NCBI GenBank assembly: GCA_945862415.1
Contig: CAMAYP010000002.1
Location: 294 to 64,293 of the forward strand
Source of the DNA: Chryseobacterium gleum
GTDB taxonomy: Bacteria > Bacteroidota > Bacteroidia > Flavobacteriales_D > Sanyastnellaceae
Direction of reading: 5' to 3'
Length of the DNA: 64,000 bases
The notes under the pieces were generated by a model. The model was not told where the DNA came from. It saw only the letters and a program-made list of their open reading frames with translations, and searched no databases. Below are positions 19,848 to 29,382 of the stretch, in pieces (the first letter of the stretch is position 1; each line of letters begins with the position of its first letter). Made by a program: the position numbers and the translations under genes.

Positions 19848-19906
19848 CACTACCCGCATTTCGCTCATTCTCCGCGGTCTTACCTTCGCCTTACAATTAA
19901 ACACGC

Positions 19907-21223
19907 ATGATTTTCGCGCTACAACTGCTGCTGAGTTTGTCTATCCTCATCATTCTGCATGAGGGCGGACACTTCATTCCGGCCAAGCTTTTTAAGACAC
20001 GGGTAGAAAAGTTCTACTTGTTTTTCGATCCTTACTTCTCGGTAGTAAAGAAGAAAATTGGAGAAACTGAATATGGTATTGGCTGGCTGCCTTTGGGCGG
20101 GTATGTGAAGATATCGGGCATGGTTGACGAGAGCATGGACAAAGAGCAAATGGCGAAGCCCGCAGAACCCTGGGAGTTTCGCGCAAAGCCAGCGTGGCAG
20201 CGCCTTATCATCATGGTTGGTGGAGTTGTGGTGAATGTGATTGTTGGTGTTGTAATCTACAGCGTGATTCTTTTTACGTTCGGGAAAGAAGTTGTGCCAT
20301 CAGAAAATGCAACCTACGGCGTGCATTGCAATCCACTTATGTATCACTATGGTTTTCGTGATGGCGATAGAATATTGGCGCTCGATGGCGTAAAGCCCGA
20401 CAATTTTCAAGACATCAACAAGCGTATGATACTCGATGACCCGAAAGAGGTGACCATCGACAGATTGGGTGAACAAATTGTAATTACGTTACCCGAAGAT
20501 TTCGGTCAGTTGCTGGTGGATAGCGGCATCAAAAGCGGCGCTTTCAGTTTGAGAATTCCTTTTGTAATTGATTCGGTAGTGCCTGAAAATCCCGCCTACC
20601 ATGCAGGGCTCGTGAAAGGTGATAGCATTGTTGGCGTAAACGGATTGTATAGTCCGTATTTCCAGGAAATAGCCAAAGAATTGCGCAACAACAAAAATAA
20701 AGTAGTGCGCATGCACGTGGTTCGTGAAGGCAATACGCTTTCGGTTCCTGTTGATGTAACTGAAGACGGACGAATCGGGGTAGCGCCAAAATCATTGCAG
20801 CATTATGTGGGAATCGATACCATTCATTACAGTCTTGCACAGGCTATTCCCGGCGGATTTCACGAAGCATGGGAAACGGTTACAGACTATACTAGTCAAT
20901 TGCGATTCTTGTTTTCAAAAGCGGGAGCCAAGCAAGTGGGTGGATTCGTAACCTTCGCTAAGCTATTTCCCAATGAGTGGGACTGGTGGGCGTTTTGGGA
21001 ACGTACTGCATTCATTTCACTGGTGCTGGCTTTCATGAATATACTGCCCATACCGGCCCTCGACGGTGGACACGTAATGTTCCTTTTGTGGGAGATAATA
21101 ACGGGTAAGGCAGTGAGTCAGAAAATTCTGGAACGCTCCCAAATCGTGGGCATGATACTCTTGCTCGGATTGATGCTATACGGCAATGGAATGGACATTT
21201 TCCGCATCATTACAGGCTCCTAA
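19907..21223 (+). CDS. rseP: RIP metalloprotease RseP (site-2 protease, M50)
   Basis: Motifs seen: HEGGHF (HExxH), a central PDZ-like region, and NILPIPALDGGH. Confidence 0.9.
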   Translation: MIFALQLLLSLSILIILHEGGHFIPAKLFKTRVEKFYLFFDPYFSVVKKKIGETEYGIGWLPLGGYVKISGMVDESMDKEQMAKPAEPWEFRAKPAWQRLIIMVGGVVVNVIVGVVIYSVILFTFGKEVVPSENATYGVHCNPLMYHYGFRDGDRILALDGVKPDNFQDINKRMILDDPKEVTIDRLGEQIVITLPEDFGQLLVDSGIKSGAFSLRIPFVIDSVVPENPAYHAGLVKGDSIVGVNGLYSPYFQEIAKELRNNKNKVVRMHVVREGNTLSVPVDVTEDGRIGVAPKSLQHYVGIDTIHYSLAQAIPGGFHEAWETVTDYTSQLRFLFSKAGAKQVGGFVTFAKLFPNEWDWWAFWERTAFISLVLAFMNILPIPALDGGHVMFLLWEIITGKAVSQKILERSQIVGMILLLGLMLYGNGMDIFRIITGS

Positions 21224-22757
21224 AAATTGGCCAATTCCGTTGCTGCGGAATCGAAGTCGACTTTTATGCTTCCTATTGGCAATTGTTCTTGCCAACCATG
21301 CTTACTCGCAACAAATCACATGGAGTTCGTCGGTGCGAAACGACCGTGCCATCGAACGCGTTCAGGCCGTTGCGCTGTCCGACACGCTGCTTCAGGTCAT
21401 TGAAGAGCGCGACCATCACATGCTTCGGTGGGTTCGATTTGGCGCACAATCGATGCGTATGCTCGGAAATACGGAAATCATGCCCGCTTCAGAAGATGAT
21501 CGGCTAGCCTATTATTTCATTCGTCGAGATACACTCCATACACTCAGCACCCGCTGGAATAGAGCACTTGAGTGCACGGAGGTATTCGGAATGCAATACG
21601 ACACTTCAGGTAAAAGAATAGGCGACCCACTTCTGTTGCATACACATGGAGAGTCTTCCGAACCTCGCAAAAGCGTACTGCAATGCCAGTTCTCTCCCGA
21701 CAGTGCATGGGTGCTCCTCTTCTTCGATAGCGATAATGAACGTAAACAAACAGAAGGCATTCACTTCAAATGCTTCGATCAACAATGGCAAATGGCATGG
21801 GAAAAAGACTTGCGTCTTCCGCCGTCAGCCAACATACTTCAAGTGCATCATTTCTTAGTGGATAACAGTGGTTCGGTATACATGATGAGTGGTCGTAAAC
21901 CCCTCAAGTCAAACGCTGACTGGCAGCGACCACAAGGCGGTCAATATGTGGTTTACTACTACAATGCGCAGCGCAACAAATTGAAGCAATACGACATAAG
22001 TCTGAAAGACAAACAAGTTGTTTCAGTTGATTTCAAACTGAACAACAAAGAAGAGTTAGTGGTTGGAGGATACTACTCAGACAATTTTCAAAACAAGGCA
22101 TCGGGCACCTTGCTGTTCATGCTGCAGGCCCATGGTGGCCCCATTTCAAAAGCAGCGTACACACCTTTCTCCAAAGATTTTCTCAAAGAGATGAGCGGAA
22201 AGGAAAAGGGAAGTCTCGATGATTTTTTTCTGGATCATTTGCATTTGACAACAAATGGAAGCATCGTGTTGGTTGGCGAGCAATACTACACGAGCAGGTA
22301 TGTTTCAACCGACCCCACTACCGGCCGGCAAACCGTTGAGTATCGCTACAATTACAATGACATCATGGTATGCTCGATGGACAGCAGTGGGCAGCATGTT
22401 TGGAACAACCACATCGCCAAGCGGCAGCTTACATCGTCCATGTACGACTCCAACTACTCCTATTCGTTTGCGGCCGACTCAAGCCGGTTGATGATTACCT
22501 TCAACGACGATGCAACGAATAACGCTCCGGAAGAAGCAAAAAAACGGCGTGAGACATCGCTTTGGTCGGGCACCAAAAACAGTGTTACGACACAAGTAGA
22601 AATTCATTTCGATGGTCAACAAACCCGACGAACGTGCGTCGAAAATGACTCGGAACGATTGTTATTCAACCCCTTAATGACCGCATCGGGACCCTTGCCG
22701 TGTCGCTTTCTTGGGTTCGACGACAAGCGAACCTATAAGTTTTGCAGAGTTGATTGA
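21186..22757 (+). CDS. Hypothetical secreted protein (523 aa), probably beta-rich
   Basis: There is a signal-like segment, RSRLLCFLLAIVLANHAYSQQ. The listed ATG overlaps rseP by 38 nt. An in-frame TTG at 21240 would remove that overlap. No family was recognised. Confidence 0.55.
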   Translation: MEWTFSASLQAPKNWPIPLLRNRSRLLCFLLAIVLANHAYSQQITWSSSVRNDRAIERVQAVALSDTLLQVIEERDHHMLRWVRFGAQSMRMLGNTEIMPASEDDRLAYYFIRRDTLHTLSTRWNRALECTEVFGMQYDTSGKRIGDPLLLHTHGESSEPRKSVLQCQFSPDSAWVLLFFDSDNERKQTEGIHFKCFDQQWQMAWEKDLRLPPSANILQVHHFLVDNSGSVYMMSGRKPLKSNADWQRPQGGQYVVYYYNAQRNKLKQYDISLKDKQVVSVDFKLNNKEELVVGGYYSDNFQNKASGTLLFMLQAHGGPISKAAYTPFSKDFLKEMSGKEKGSLDDFFLDHLHLTTNGSIVLVGEQYYTSRYVSTDPTTGRQTVEYRYNYNDIMVCSMDSSGQHVWNNHIAKRQLTSSMYDSNYSYSFAADSSRLMITFNDDATNNAPEEAKKRRETSLWSGTKNSVTTQVEIHFDGQQTRRTCVENDSERLLFNPLMTASGPLPCRFLGFDDKRTYKFCRVD

Positions 22758-22815
22758 TGCATTTTCGAAAAGACCGTACTATATTCGCACCCCCAATTGA
22801 CGGATTGGGCGCATT

Positions 22816-22897
22816 GCCTAGGTGGCGGAATTGGTAGACGCGCACGACTCAAAATCGTGTGTCTTCGGGCGTGTGGGTTCGATTCCCACCCTGGGTA
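22816..22897 (+). tRNA. tRNA-Leu (anticodon CAA)
   Basis: An 82-nt class II tRNA was folded by hand. The acceptor is GCCTAGG/CCTGGGT (two G-U pairs). The anticodon arm is CACGA-CTCAAAA-TCGTG. The variable arm is 13 nt. The T arm is GTGGG-TTCGATT-CCCAC. Confidence 0.9.
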
Positions 22898-22955
22898 CTC
22901 TTATTGTAATGCCGTTAAGGCAGTTCATTTAACCAAAAACACCGTTTACACTTAA

Positions 22956-22985
22956 ACCATCGGAACACCGGTGGTTTTTGTTTTT
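22956..22985 (+). terminator. Rho-independent terminator after tRNA-Leu
   Basis: ACCATCGG pairs with CCGGTGGT (one G-U) around the loop AACA, followed by TTTTTGTTTTT. Confidence 0.7.
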
Positions 22986-22994
22986 ACAGCGGGC

Positions 22995-24863
22995 TTAATC
23001 TCTATTCCACTTCCAACTAATCGATAGGCGCAACATTCTTCCGGGCATGGGCACAAAGCCGCTTTCAAGATAGGTCTTATTCAATACATTGTTGACGTCC
23101 ACAGACAGGTCGACATATTTCAACGCTGCGGTTGCACGCACATCATACACCCAATAGCTTCCATTGGTGAGTCGTTCCATGTAGCGTGAAAAGACCTGCA
23201 ATCGGAATCGTTCGAACACCCGAATCTGGGCCTGTGCCACCACTTGATGTCTCAAATGGTTGAGTGCATACTTGCTGAAAGCCGTTGTTTCGCCCAGGCG
23301 ACCCGAAAGAAACGTATGCGACAAGCCAACCTGTTCGAAAGCCACCTTATTCCTTGTATTAAAACGCAAACGCACTCTGCTATCAACACCTGTTACGGTT
23401 ACGAGTTGGAAATTTTCGGGCATCCATAAATCGTCCGCAGTTTCGCGTGTAAAGTCGATGAAGTTATTGGTTCGACGCAGAAATCCGCTTGATTCGACCT
23501 GTAGCATGGCGCTATTCCACTTCAATCCCATTTCTGTATTTAGCGCCTGCTCCGGTTTCAGCGAAGGATTGCCCAAGTTGGCACGATCGGAATAGTAGAG
23601 GTCGGTGAAGCTTGGGTTTCGGCTGCCCAACCCTGCGTTACCAAACAACCGAAGCGATTTAACAACCGGTGTGCTAAACTCCAATCCGGGAAACACGTTG
23701 AGCCCAAACGCAGTGCTGTATTGCGCCATTGCACCAATCACCACAACCGCAGAGTTTTCGAACATGAGGCGTTGCTCAGCATAGAAACTGTGGTAGTAAC
23801 GACTGTGCTCTCCGAGGTTGTTGCTATGAATTATTTCAGCACGCGATTCATAACCACCGCCAAACTGACCCGCCTTGTTTGTTTTAGAAACGTGAACTTC
23901 GGCACCGGCTGCCGTTGTAAAGTGATTGTTGCGATAAACCTCCGGATTTTCGCGAATGAAAATGTAGTCGTCGTGACTGTAACGCATATAAAGCAACGGC
24001 TGAATATTCCATTGCCCCAATAGCATGCGATATCGCGCGCTACCATAAAGCGTCTCGGTAGTTTCGAAAGCATTGGAATCATAAGGGTATGCGTAATAAC
24101 CATTGGCTCCCGTTTCATTTCTGACAATACCCGAAGCCAAATTCAACTGTGACTTTCTCTTTCCTAAGAGCATAGAACCGCGATAGGCCAGTCGTTGCTG
24201 GGCATTGGAGGAGTTATATCGATAGCCCTCGGAGTCGAAATAAGAGGCGTCGAATTGATGGCGTTGCGACGCATCCTCATTCTTCCAGCCCGCACTGAAG
24301 CGCGCACCCGCTTGCAGATACTGCTTCACCGTATCGCCTTCAAGGGGTTCAATAACAGCAGCCCAGAGTTGAGCCGATGCATTTTCAGAAGCAGGCTCAC
24401 GTGTAACGAGATTAATAGCGCCGGCCAATGCATTGGCCCCATATATGCGGGCTGCAGTTCCTTTAATTATTTCAATGCGTTCAATTTGCTGAATATCGAT
24501 TGGCAGATTCATCATAAGGTGACCCGTTTGCGCGTCGCGCATGGGAACCCCATCAATGAGCACCAGCACTTGCTCGAAGGTGCTGCCCAATATGCTGAGG
24601 TCGGCTTGCGCACCAAGTGGCCCACGCTGTCGTAGATCGACTCCCGCAACCCACGTGAGCACCTCTGCGATGCTCTGTGCCGGCATGGCCAGTATTTCCT
24701 CTCGTTTGATAACCTGAATGTTTCGGGGCGCCAATTGAAAAGGCAACTGGGTAAGTCGTTTTTCCTCGATGAGAACTTCCTTGTACGCCGCAATAGAATC
24801 TTGCTGGCCTAGGGCAATAAATTGGCAGCAACACAAAAGGCCAATAACGAGTGTTTTTTTCAT
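22995..24863 (-). CDS. TonB-dependent receptor (plug plus 22-strand barrel)
   Basis: The start was moved to MKKTLVIGLLCCCQFIALGQQ (ATG at 24863). The plug carries DLRQRGPLGAQADLSILGSTFEQVLVLIDGVPM and IEIIKGTAARIYGANALAGAINLVT. Confidence 0.85.
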   Translation of the reverse strand: MKKTLVIGLLCCCQFIALGQQDSIAAYKEVLIEEKRLTQLPFQLAPRNIQVIKREEILAMPAQSIAEVLTWVAGVDLRQRGPLGAQADLSILGSTFEQVLVLIDGVPMRDAQTGHLMMNLPIDIQQIERIEIIKGTAARIYGANALAGAINLVTREPASENASAQLWAAVIEPLEGDTVKQYLQAGARFSAGWKNEDASQRHQFDASYFDSEGYRYNSSNAQQRLAYRGSMLLGKRKSQLNLASGIVRNETGANGYYAYPYDSNAFETTETLYGSARYRMLLGQWNIQPLLYMRYSHDDYIFIRENPEVYRNNHFTTAAGAEVHVSKTNKAGQFGGGYESRAEIIHSNNLGEHSRYYHSFYAEQRLMFENSAVVVIGAMAQYSTAFGLNVFPGLEFSTPVVKSLRLFGNAGLGSRNPSFTDLYYSDRANLGNPSLKPEQALNTEMGLKWNSAMLQVESSGFLRRTNNFIDFTRETADDLWMPENFQLVTVTGVDSRVRLRFNTRNKVAFEQVGLSHTFLSGRLGETTAFSKYALNHLRHQVVAQAQIRVFERFRLQVFSRYMERLTNGSYWVYDVRATAALKYVDLSVDVNNVLNKTYLESGFVPMPGRMLRLSISWKWNRD

Positions 24864-24945
24864 AGCGCGGCGAAAATAGGCAGGCAAGAGCTACGCGAAA
24901 AAAAACCTTGCTTTTGCTTAACTTGCGCACTCAATTGAACAGATC

Positions 24946-25206
24946 ATGGCAAAAACAACGAAGGCACCTTCAAAGTTGAAATTCCCGTTTCAGAAGAAAA
25001 ACTACCAACTCTTGCTGATTGGTGTAGGCATTATTTTGTTGGGTTATGTGCTCATGATGGGCGGAGGAAGCGAAGACCCGAACGTCTTCGATCCGTCGAT
25101 TTTTTCGTTTCAGCGCATTACGCTGGCGCCAATCGTGGTGTTGTTTGGCTATGCCTTCATTGGTTACGCCATCATGCACAAGCCCAAAACAAACACAGAA
25201 GCATAA
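24946..25206 (+). CDS. Small two-TM membrane protein (DUF3098-type, commonly upstream of uppP in Bacteroidota)
   Basis: 86 aa with a basic N-terminus, two TM helices and an LMMGGGSEDPNVFDP loop. The family name is recalled from memory and was not verified. Confidence 0.6.
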   Translation: MAKTTKAPSKLKFPFQKKNYQLLLIGVGIILLGYVLMMGGGSEDPNVFDPSIFSFQRITLAPIVVLFGYAFIGYAIMHKPKTNTEA

Positions 25207-25215
25207 TCACGGCCT

Positions 25216-26004
25216 GTGTCGATTATTCAAGCCATCATCATTGCCATTATTGAGGGCATTACCGAATTTCTTCCGGTAAGCAGCACAGGGCATATGATTA
25301 TCACCCAACATTTATTGGGTATAGGCGACGATCCATTTGTCAAGGCATTCATTGTGAACATTCAATTCGGTGCTATTCTCAGCGTTGTGTTGTTGTACTG
25401 GAATCGGTTCTTTCAAAGCCTCGACTTTTATTTCAAGCTTTTCGCGGCCTTTCTTCCTTCGGCTATTTTGGGAGTTCTTTTGAATGACCTGATTGACTCC
25501 TTGCTGGAAAGCCCAACAACGGTAGCCGTCAGCTTGCTGCTCGGGGGTGTTGTGTTGGTTTTCATAGACAAAGTGCTCAATCCTTCCAAAGAAGTGGTTG
25601 TGACATTTCCCAAAGCATTCGTAATTGGTCTTGCACAATGTGTGAGTATGATTCCCGGCGTATCGCGCTCTGCAGCTACCATTATCGGCGGAATGACGCA
25701 AGGTCTTACACGCAAACAAGCAGCAGAATTTTCGTTTTTCCTTGCAGTACCAACGATGTTTGGCGCATCCGCATTGAAACTCTACAAAGGATTCAGCGAG
25801 CATCCCGACATTTTTCAAGGCTCTAATCTCACCCTGCTTCTTATTGGAAATGCGGTAGCGTTTGTCGTTGCCATGCTAGCCATTCGTTTTTTTGTGAGCT
25901 ATCTCACCAAACATGGTTTTCGGGTATTCGGGTGGTACCGCATCATACTTGGCGGAGTGCTGCTGATTCTTCTCGCCTTGGGAATTAATCTACAAGTACT
26001 CTAA
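25216..26004 (+). CDS. uppP: Undecaprenyl-diphosphate phosphatase
   Basis: GTG start. It carries [14 protein letters not shown] (BacA motif), [10 protein letters not shown], and 7-8 TM helices. Confidence 0.9.
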   Translation: MSIIQAIIIAIIEGITEFLPVSSTGHMIITQHLLGIGDDPFVKAFIVNIQFGAILSVVLLYWNRFFQSLDFYFKLFAAFLPSAILGVLLNDLIDSLLESPTTVAVSLLLGGVVLVFIDKVLNPSKEVVVTFPKAFVIGLAQCVSMIPGVSRSAATIIGGMTQGLTRKQAAEFSFFLAVPTMFGASALKLYKGFSEHPDIFQGSNLTLLLIGNAVAFVVAMLAIRFFVSYLTKHGFRVFGWYRIILGGVLLILLALGINLQVL

Positions 26005-26033
26005 TCCCAGGACGTGGGCAATCCCTTTCGCTC

Positions 26034-26786
26034 ATGAAACTTTCAGCTGTTATCATCACCTTCAACGAAGAGCGTAACCTGAAGCGTTGCTTAGACTCGT
26101 TGGCCGATGTAGCTGATGAAATAATAGTGGTAGATTCATTTTCGCAAGATGGCACGCAGCGCATAGCAGAAGCTGCAGGTGCGCGGTTTATTCAGCACTC
26201 CTTTGAAGGACACATACAACAGAAAAACATAGCGTTGTCGCATGCACAACACGAGTGGGTTCTTTCGCTTGATGCCGATGAAGCATTGGACGAAACGCTG
26301 CGCGCCTCGATAACAGGCATTAAGCAATCGGGCGATGCTGCAGGCTATTCCATGAACAGGCTTACAAATTACTGCGGGCATTGGGTGCGCTATTGCGGAT
26401 GGTATCCCGACACGAAAGTTCGTCTTATTCGCAAAGGCATGGGAAGCTGGACAGGAGTGAATCCGCATGATCGACTTGACATTTCTAATGGTGCGAAGCC
26501 AACACATATCACAGGTGACATACTTCATTACTCGTACTATACAATCGATGACCATCGAAAACAAATTGAGTATTTCGGTGATATAGCCGCACGTGAATTG
26601 TTTGCTCGAAAGAAAAAGATAAGCTGGGCTATGTTGCTAGTAAAAGTGATTGCTCAGTTCATCAAGAGTTACATCATCAAACTCGGCATGCTCGACGGTG
26701 CCACCGGTTGGACCATTTCGCGCATGTCGGCCTATGCGACTTGGCGCAAGTACACGAAGCTGAAAACACTTTACCGCAACGCATGA
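26034..26786 (+). CDS. Family 2 glycosyltransferase (LPS-core type)
   Basis: Motifs seen: LSAVIITFNEERNLKRCLDS, VVDSFSQDGT and SLDADE (DxD). Confidence 0.8.
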   Translation: MKLSAVIITFNEERNLKRCLDSLADVADEIIVVDSFSQDGTQRIAEAAGARFIQHSFEGHIQQKNIALSHAQHEWVLSLDADEALDETLRASITGIKQSGDAAGYSMNRLTNYCGHWVRYCGWYPDTKVRLIRKGMGSWTGVNPHDRLDISNGAKPTHITGDILHYSYYTIDDHRKQIEYFGDIAARELFARKKKISWAMLLVKVIAQFIKSYIIKLGMLDGATGWTISRMSAYATWRKYTKLKTLYRNA

Positions 26787-27781
26787 ACACTTTAAAGCGC
26801 ATCATCATTTCGCGAACCGACAGCATTGGCGATGTTATGCTCACTCTGCCGATGTGCGGTTATCTAAAAAAGCATTTTCCGGCCTGCACACTCATTTTTC
26901 TGGGACGTTCCTACACGCGAGCAATAGCAGATGCGTGTGAGCACATCGACGAGTTTGTAGACTGGGACATGCTCAAAAACGAAAGCCCTGCCGAACAAGT
27001 GAATGGGCTATCAGACTTGGATGCAGATTGTATCATTCATGTCTTTCCGAGAAAGGAAATTTTATGGGTTGCCAAACGCGCGGGCATTCCTTTGCGAATA
27101 GCCAGCGGCCATCGCATACACACCCTCACCAAGTGTAACAAATTGGTTTTTTTCTCCCGCAAAAATTCCGATTTGCATGAGTCGCAACTCAATTTCAAAC
27201 TGCTCAAACCACTTGGAATACCCGACACCATTGCGCTGGAAGAAATACCCGATTATTACGGTTTTCATGCAGCATTGGATGTTGCAGCTGAAATTGAAAG
27301 TCAACTTGCTCTCGCTCGCGGAAGAAAAAAGATTGTGCTTCATCCATTATCGAAAGGCAGTGCGGTCGATTGGCCGATTGCAAGCTACCGCGAATTGGCC
27401 GCTAAGTTACCCGCCGACAAGTTCGCCATTTTCATTACCGGAACCGCAGAAGAAGGAGAGCGACTTCGCGAGCAAGGAGGAATACAGGGCGAGCATGTCT
27501 ACAATACAACCGGGAAGTTCGACTTGGCTAGTCTCATTGCCTTTCTGGATCGCTGCGATGCTCTCGTGGCGGCCAGCACAGGGCCTTTGCACATTGCATC
27601 AGCGCTCGGTAAAAACGCCATTGGCTTGTACTCACCCAAGCGCCCTATTCATCCCGGAAGATGGAGCCCGATTGGAAAAAATGCCCGCGTTATATGTGCT
27701 CCTTTGCATCCAAAGAAAGGGGCTTCACTTTCGATTTCGGCCGACGAAGTTCTTCAAGTGATAGCGCACGTTTCGCAGTAA
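26783..27781 (+). CDS. Family 9 glycosyltransferase (heptosyltransferase-like)
   Basis: The start was moved to the ATG at 26783, which shares an ATGA overlap with the GT2 stop. Motifs seen: RIIISRTDSIGDVMLTLP and VAASTGPLHIASALG. Confidence 0.8.
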   Translation: MNTLKRIIISRTDSIGDVMLTLPMCGYLKKHFPACTLIFLGRSYTRAIADACEHIDEFVDWDMLKNESPAEQVNGLSDLDADCIIHVFPRKEILWVAKRAGIPLRIASGHRIHTLTKCNKLVFFSRKNSDLHESQLNFKLLKPLGIPDTIALEEIPDYYGFHAALDVAAEIESQLALARGRKKIVLHPLSKGSAVDWPIASYRELAAKLPADKFAIFITGTAEEGERLREQGGIQGEHVYNTTGKFDLASLIAFLDRCDALVAASTGPLHIASALGKNAIGLYSPKRPIHPGRWSPIGKNARVICAPLHPKKGASLSISADEVLQVIAHVSQ

Positions 27782-29333
27782 AGAGCACATAGAAGAACGC
27801 CATAAACATTACTCCGGCTTGTGATTCGAGCGTGTCCTCAGTCAGAAACGACAGCGCAACGAGCAAAACAATTATCACCGCGAGTGAACTGCGTCTACCG
27901 ACCGTAAAAAGCGGAACGAACGTCACCAACAGGAATGCACAAAAACCAAACAGCCCGTAGGTGATCCACATGGTGAGGTACTGGTTGTGTGCTCTCAACC
28001 GATACGCATCATCGAGGGGTGAATTATTAGTTGTGTATGCCGCCTTGAAAGCGTCTTTCACATCGCCGGTGCCCACGCCGATCCAGGTGTTCTTCGATAT
28101 AATCCACCAGCCTGTCTTCCAGAATTCCAGTCGTTGCATCACGCTGTGTCCATTCGGGTCACCTCCGGCGCGGTAGTTCGACCATTCAAAGAAAATACGA
28201 TTGAGTCTTCGTTGCAATCCGATTTGTTGTGGTTCGACACATGTCGGAATACCCGACTCTATGGCTTGAATATCATCCGATGTAAGCGCCGTCACACCAT
28301 CCGCATCCTTTCTCAATGCCTTAGATGCGAGGTACCGGATGAGTGTACCGCTAAGCAAATGTCCTCTGCCATCAACACTATCGGGATGAACAACACTCCT
28401 GGCGTTCCAAGCCTCATACAGCTCGTTTCTTGCCACATAGATCATCACATAGTTCCCGTTCTCAATGAGCGGAAAATCCAGGCTATGGTCATACGCTTCT
28501 CCGCGCGGTGTAAAGCTTTCCAGCGTAGTCAAACTCTGCGATTCAACATCGAAATAGCGTGAGTAACTGCCGTAAAGAAATCCGAATAGCGCGGCAACCA
28601 AAACAACTAGCGCACCCAAACCTCCCAACCGCATGCGCGCAGATTGGAGTTGAAGCATGTACCGCAGTAGAGCCCATACTAGCAGTGCGGTGATTGCAAC
28701 AAAGCCGGTTATGCTACCAATGATGTAGATAAAATAGAGGGAAGGAACTGCGCAAAGCGTTATGAGTATTCTTCCTTGCGCAGTTTGATGTGCAAAGCGG
28801 ACTAACAATGCCAGTGCAAGAGCGATAAGCAATGAGAATCGAACATGTGAAATGAATACTGATATACTCCGGACATCGCGGTCTATTTCAGGTGAGCCGA
28901 GCCAATACACTTGCAAACACCACATAACTGCAACTACAACGGCAATTATAAAGAGTCCAACCAAGGCTCGAAACTGGCCTTGAGTCAGCGGATTGGCCAA
29001 CGAAACGAGCAGTGGAAGTACCAACAACGGAAGCTTCATGCGTAAATCCCACATCGCGTAACCCATGTTGGAAGTCCACAATAAACCTGCGAGTGGAAGA
29101 ATAAAGAGCACTGTTAGTGCAACAGCAGTTGTGTTCGATGTAAACTGTCGCCATCTCGTAGCAAGAGGTACCTTATGAAATGCATCGGATGCCAATTGCA
29201 GCATTACGGATCCACCGAGCCAAAACATTCCAAACGACATGAAGAAATTGCTGAAGGAAAGGGCAACAGCAATCATGGCAAATCCGAGGAGTTGCAGATA
29301 GCTTAACCGTTTATTCCAATTATTGATACTCAT
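27690..29333 (-). CDS. O-antigen ligase / Wzy-like family polytopic membrane protein
   Basis: The protein has at least 10 TM helices with a large periplasmic loop in the middle (residues ~270-440). It lies in an LPS-core gene context. The assignment rests on architecture and context, not on a specific motif. Confidence 0.55.
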   Translation of the reverse strand: MSINNWNKRLSYLQLLGFAMIAVALSFSNFFMSFGMFWLGGSVMLQLASDAFHKVPLATRWRQFTSNTTAVALTVLFILPLAGLLWTSNMGYAMWDLRMKLPLLVLPLLVSLANPLTQGQFRALVGLFIIAVVVAVMWCLQVYWLGSPEIDRDVRSISVFISHVRFSLLIALALALLVRFAHQTAQGRILITLCAVPSLYFIYIIGSITGFVAITALLVWALLRYMLQLQSARMRLGGLGALVVLVAALFGFLYGSYSRYFDVESQSLTTLESFTPRGEAYDHSLDFPLIENGNYVMIYVARNELYEAWNARSVVHPDSVDGRGHLLSGTLIRYLASKALRKDADGVTALTSDDIQAIESGIPTCVEPQQIGLQRRLNRIFFEWSNYRAGGDPNGHSVMQRLEFWKTGWWIISKNTWIGVGTGDVKDAFKAAYTTNNSPLDDAYRLRAHNQYLTMWITYGLFGFCAFLLVTFVPLFTVGRRSSLAVIIVLLVALSFLTEDTLESQAGVMFMAFFYVLFTAKRALSLEELRRPKSKVKPLSLDAKEHI

Positions 29334-29382
29334 TACAAACGACCGCCGCCGCTATGCATTGAGCGGTGCGGCAGAAAAAGGG

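Noticed and set aside
22758-24945. Riboswitch (cobalamin, thiamine or FMN) controlling the TonB-dependent receptor, or one controlling ribE.
   Set aside because: The upstream non-coding space is only about 80 nt for the receptor and 2 nt for ribE. That is too short for those aptamers, and I saw no conserved riboswitch core sequences.
25312-27761. ORFs antisense to or out of frame with uppP (25312-25818, 168 aa), the GT2 gene (26136-26564) and the GT9 gene (27177-27761, 194 aa).
   Set aside because: They overlap confidently identified genes and have no motifs. Their composition is typical of shadow frames.
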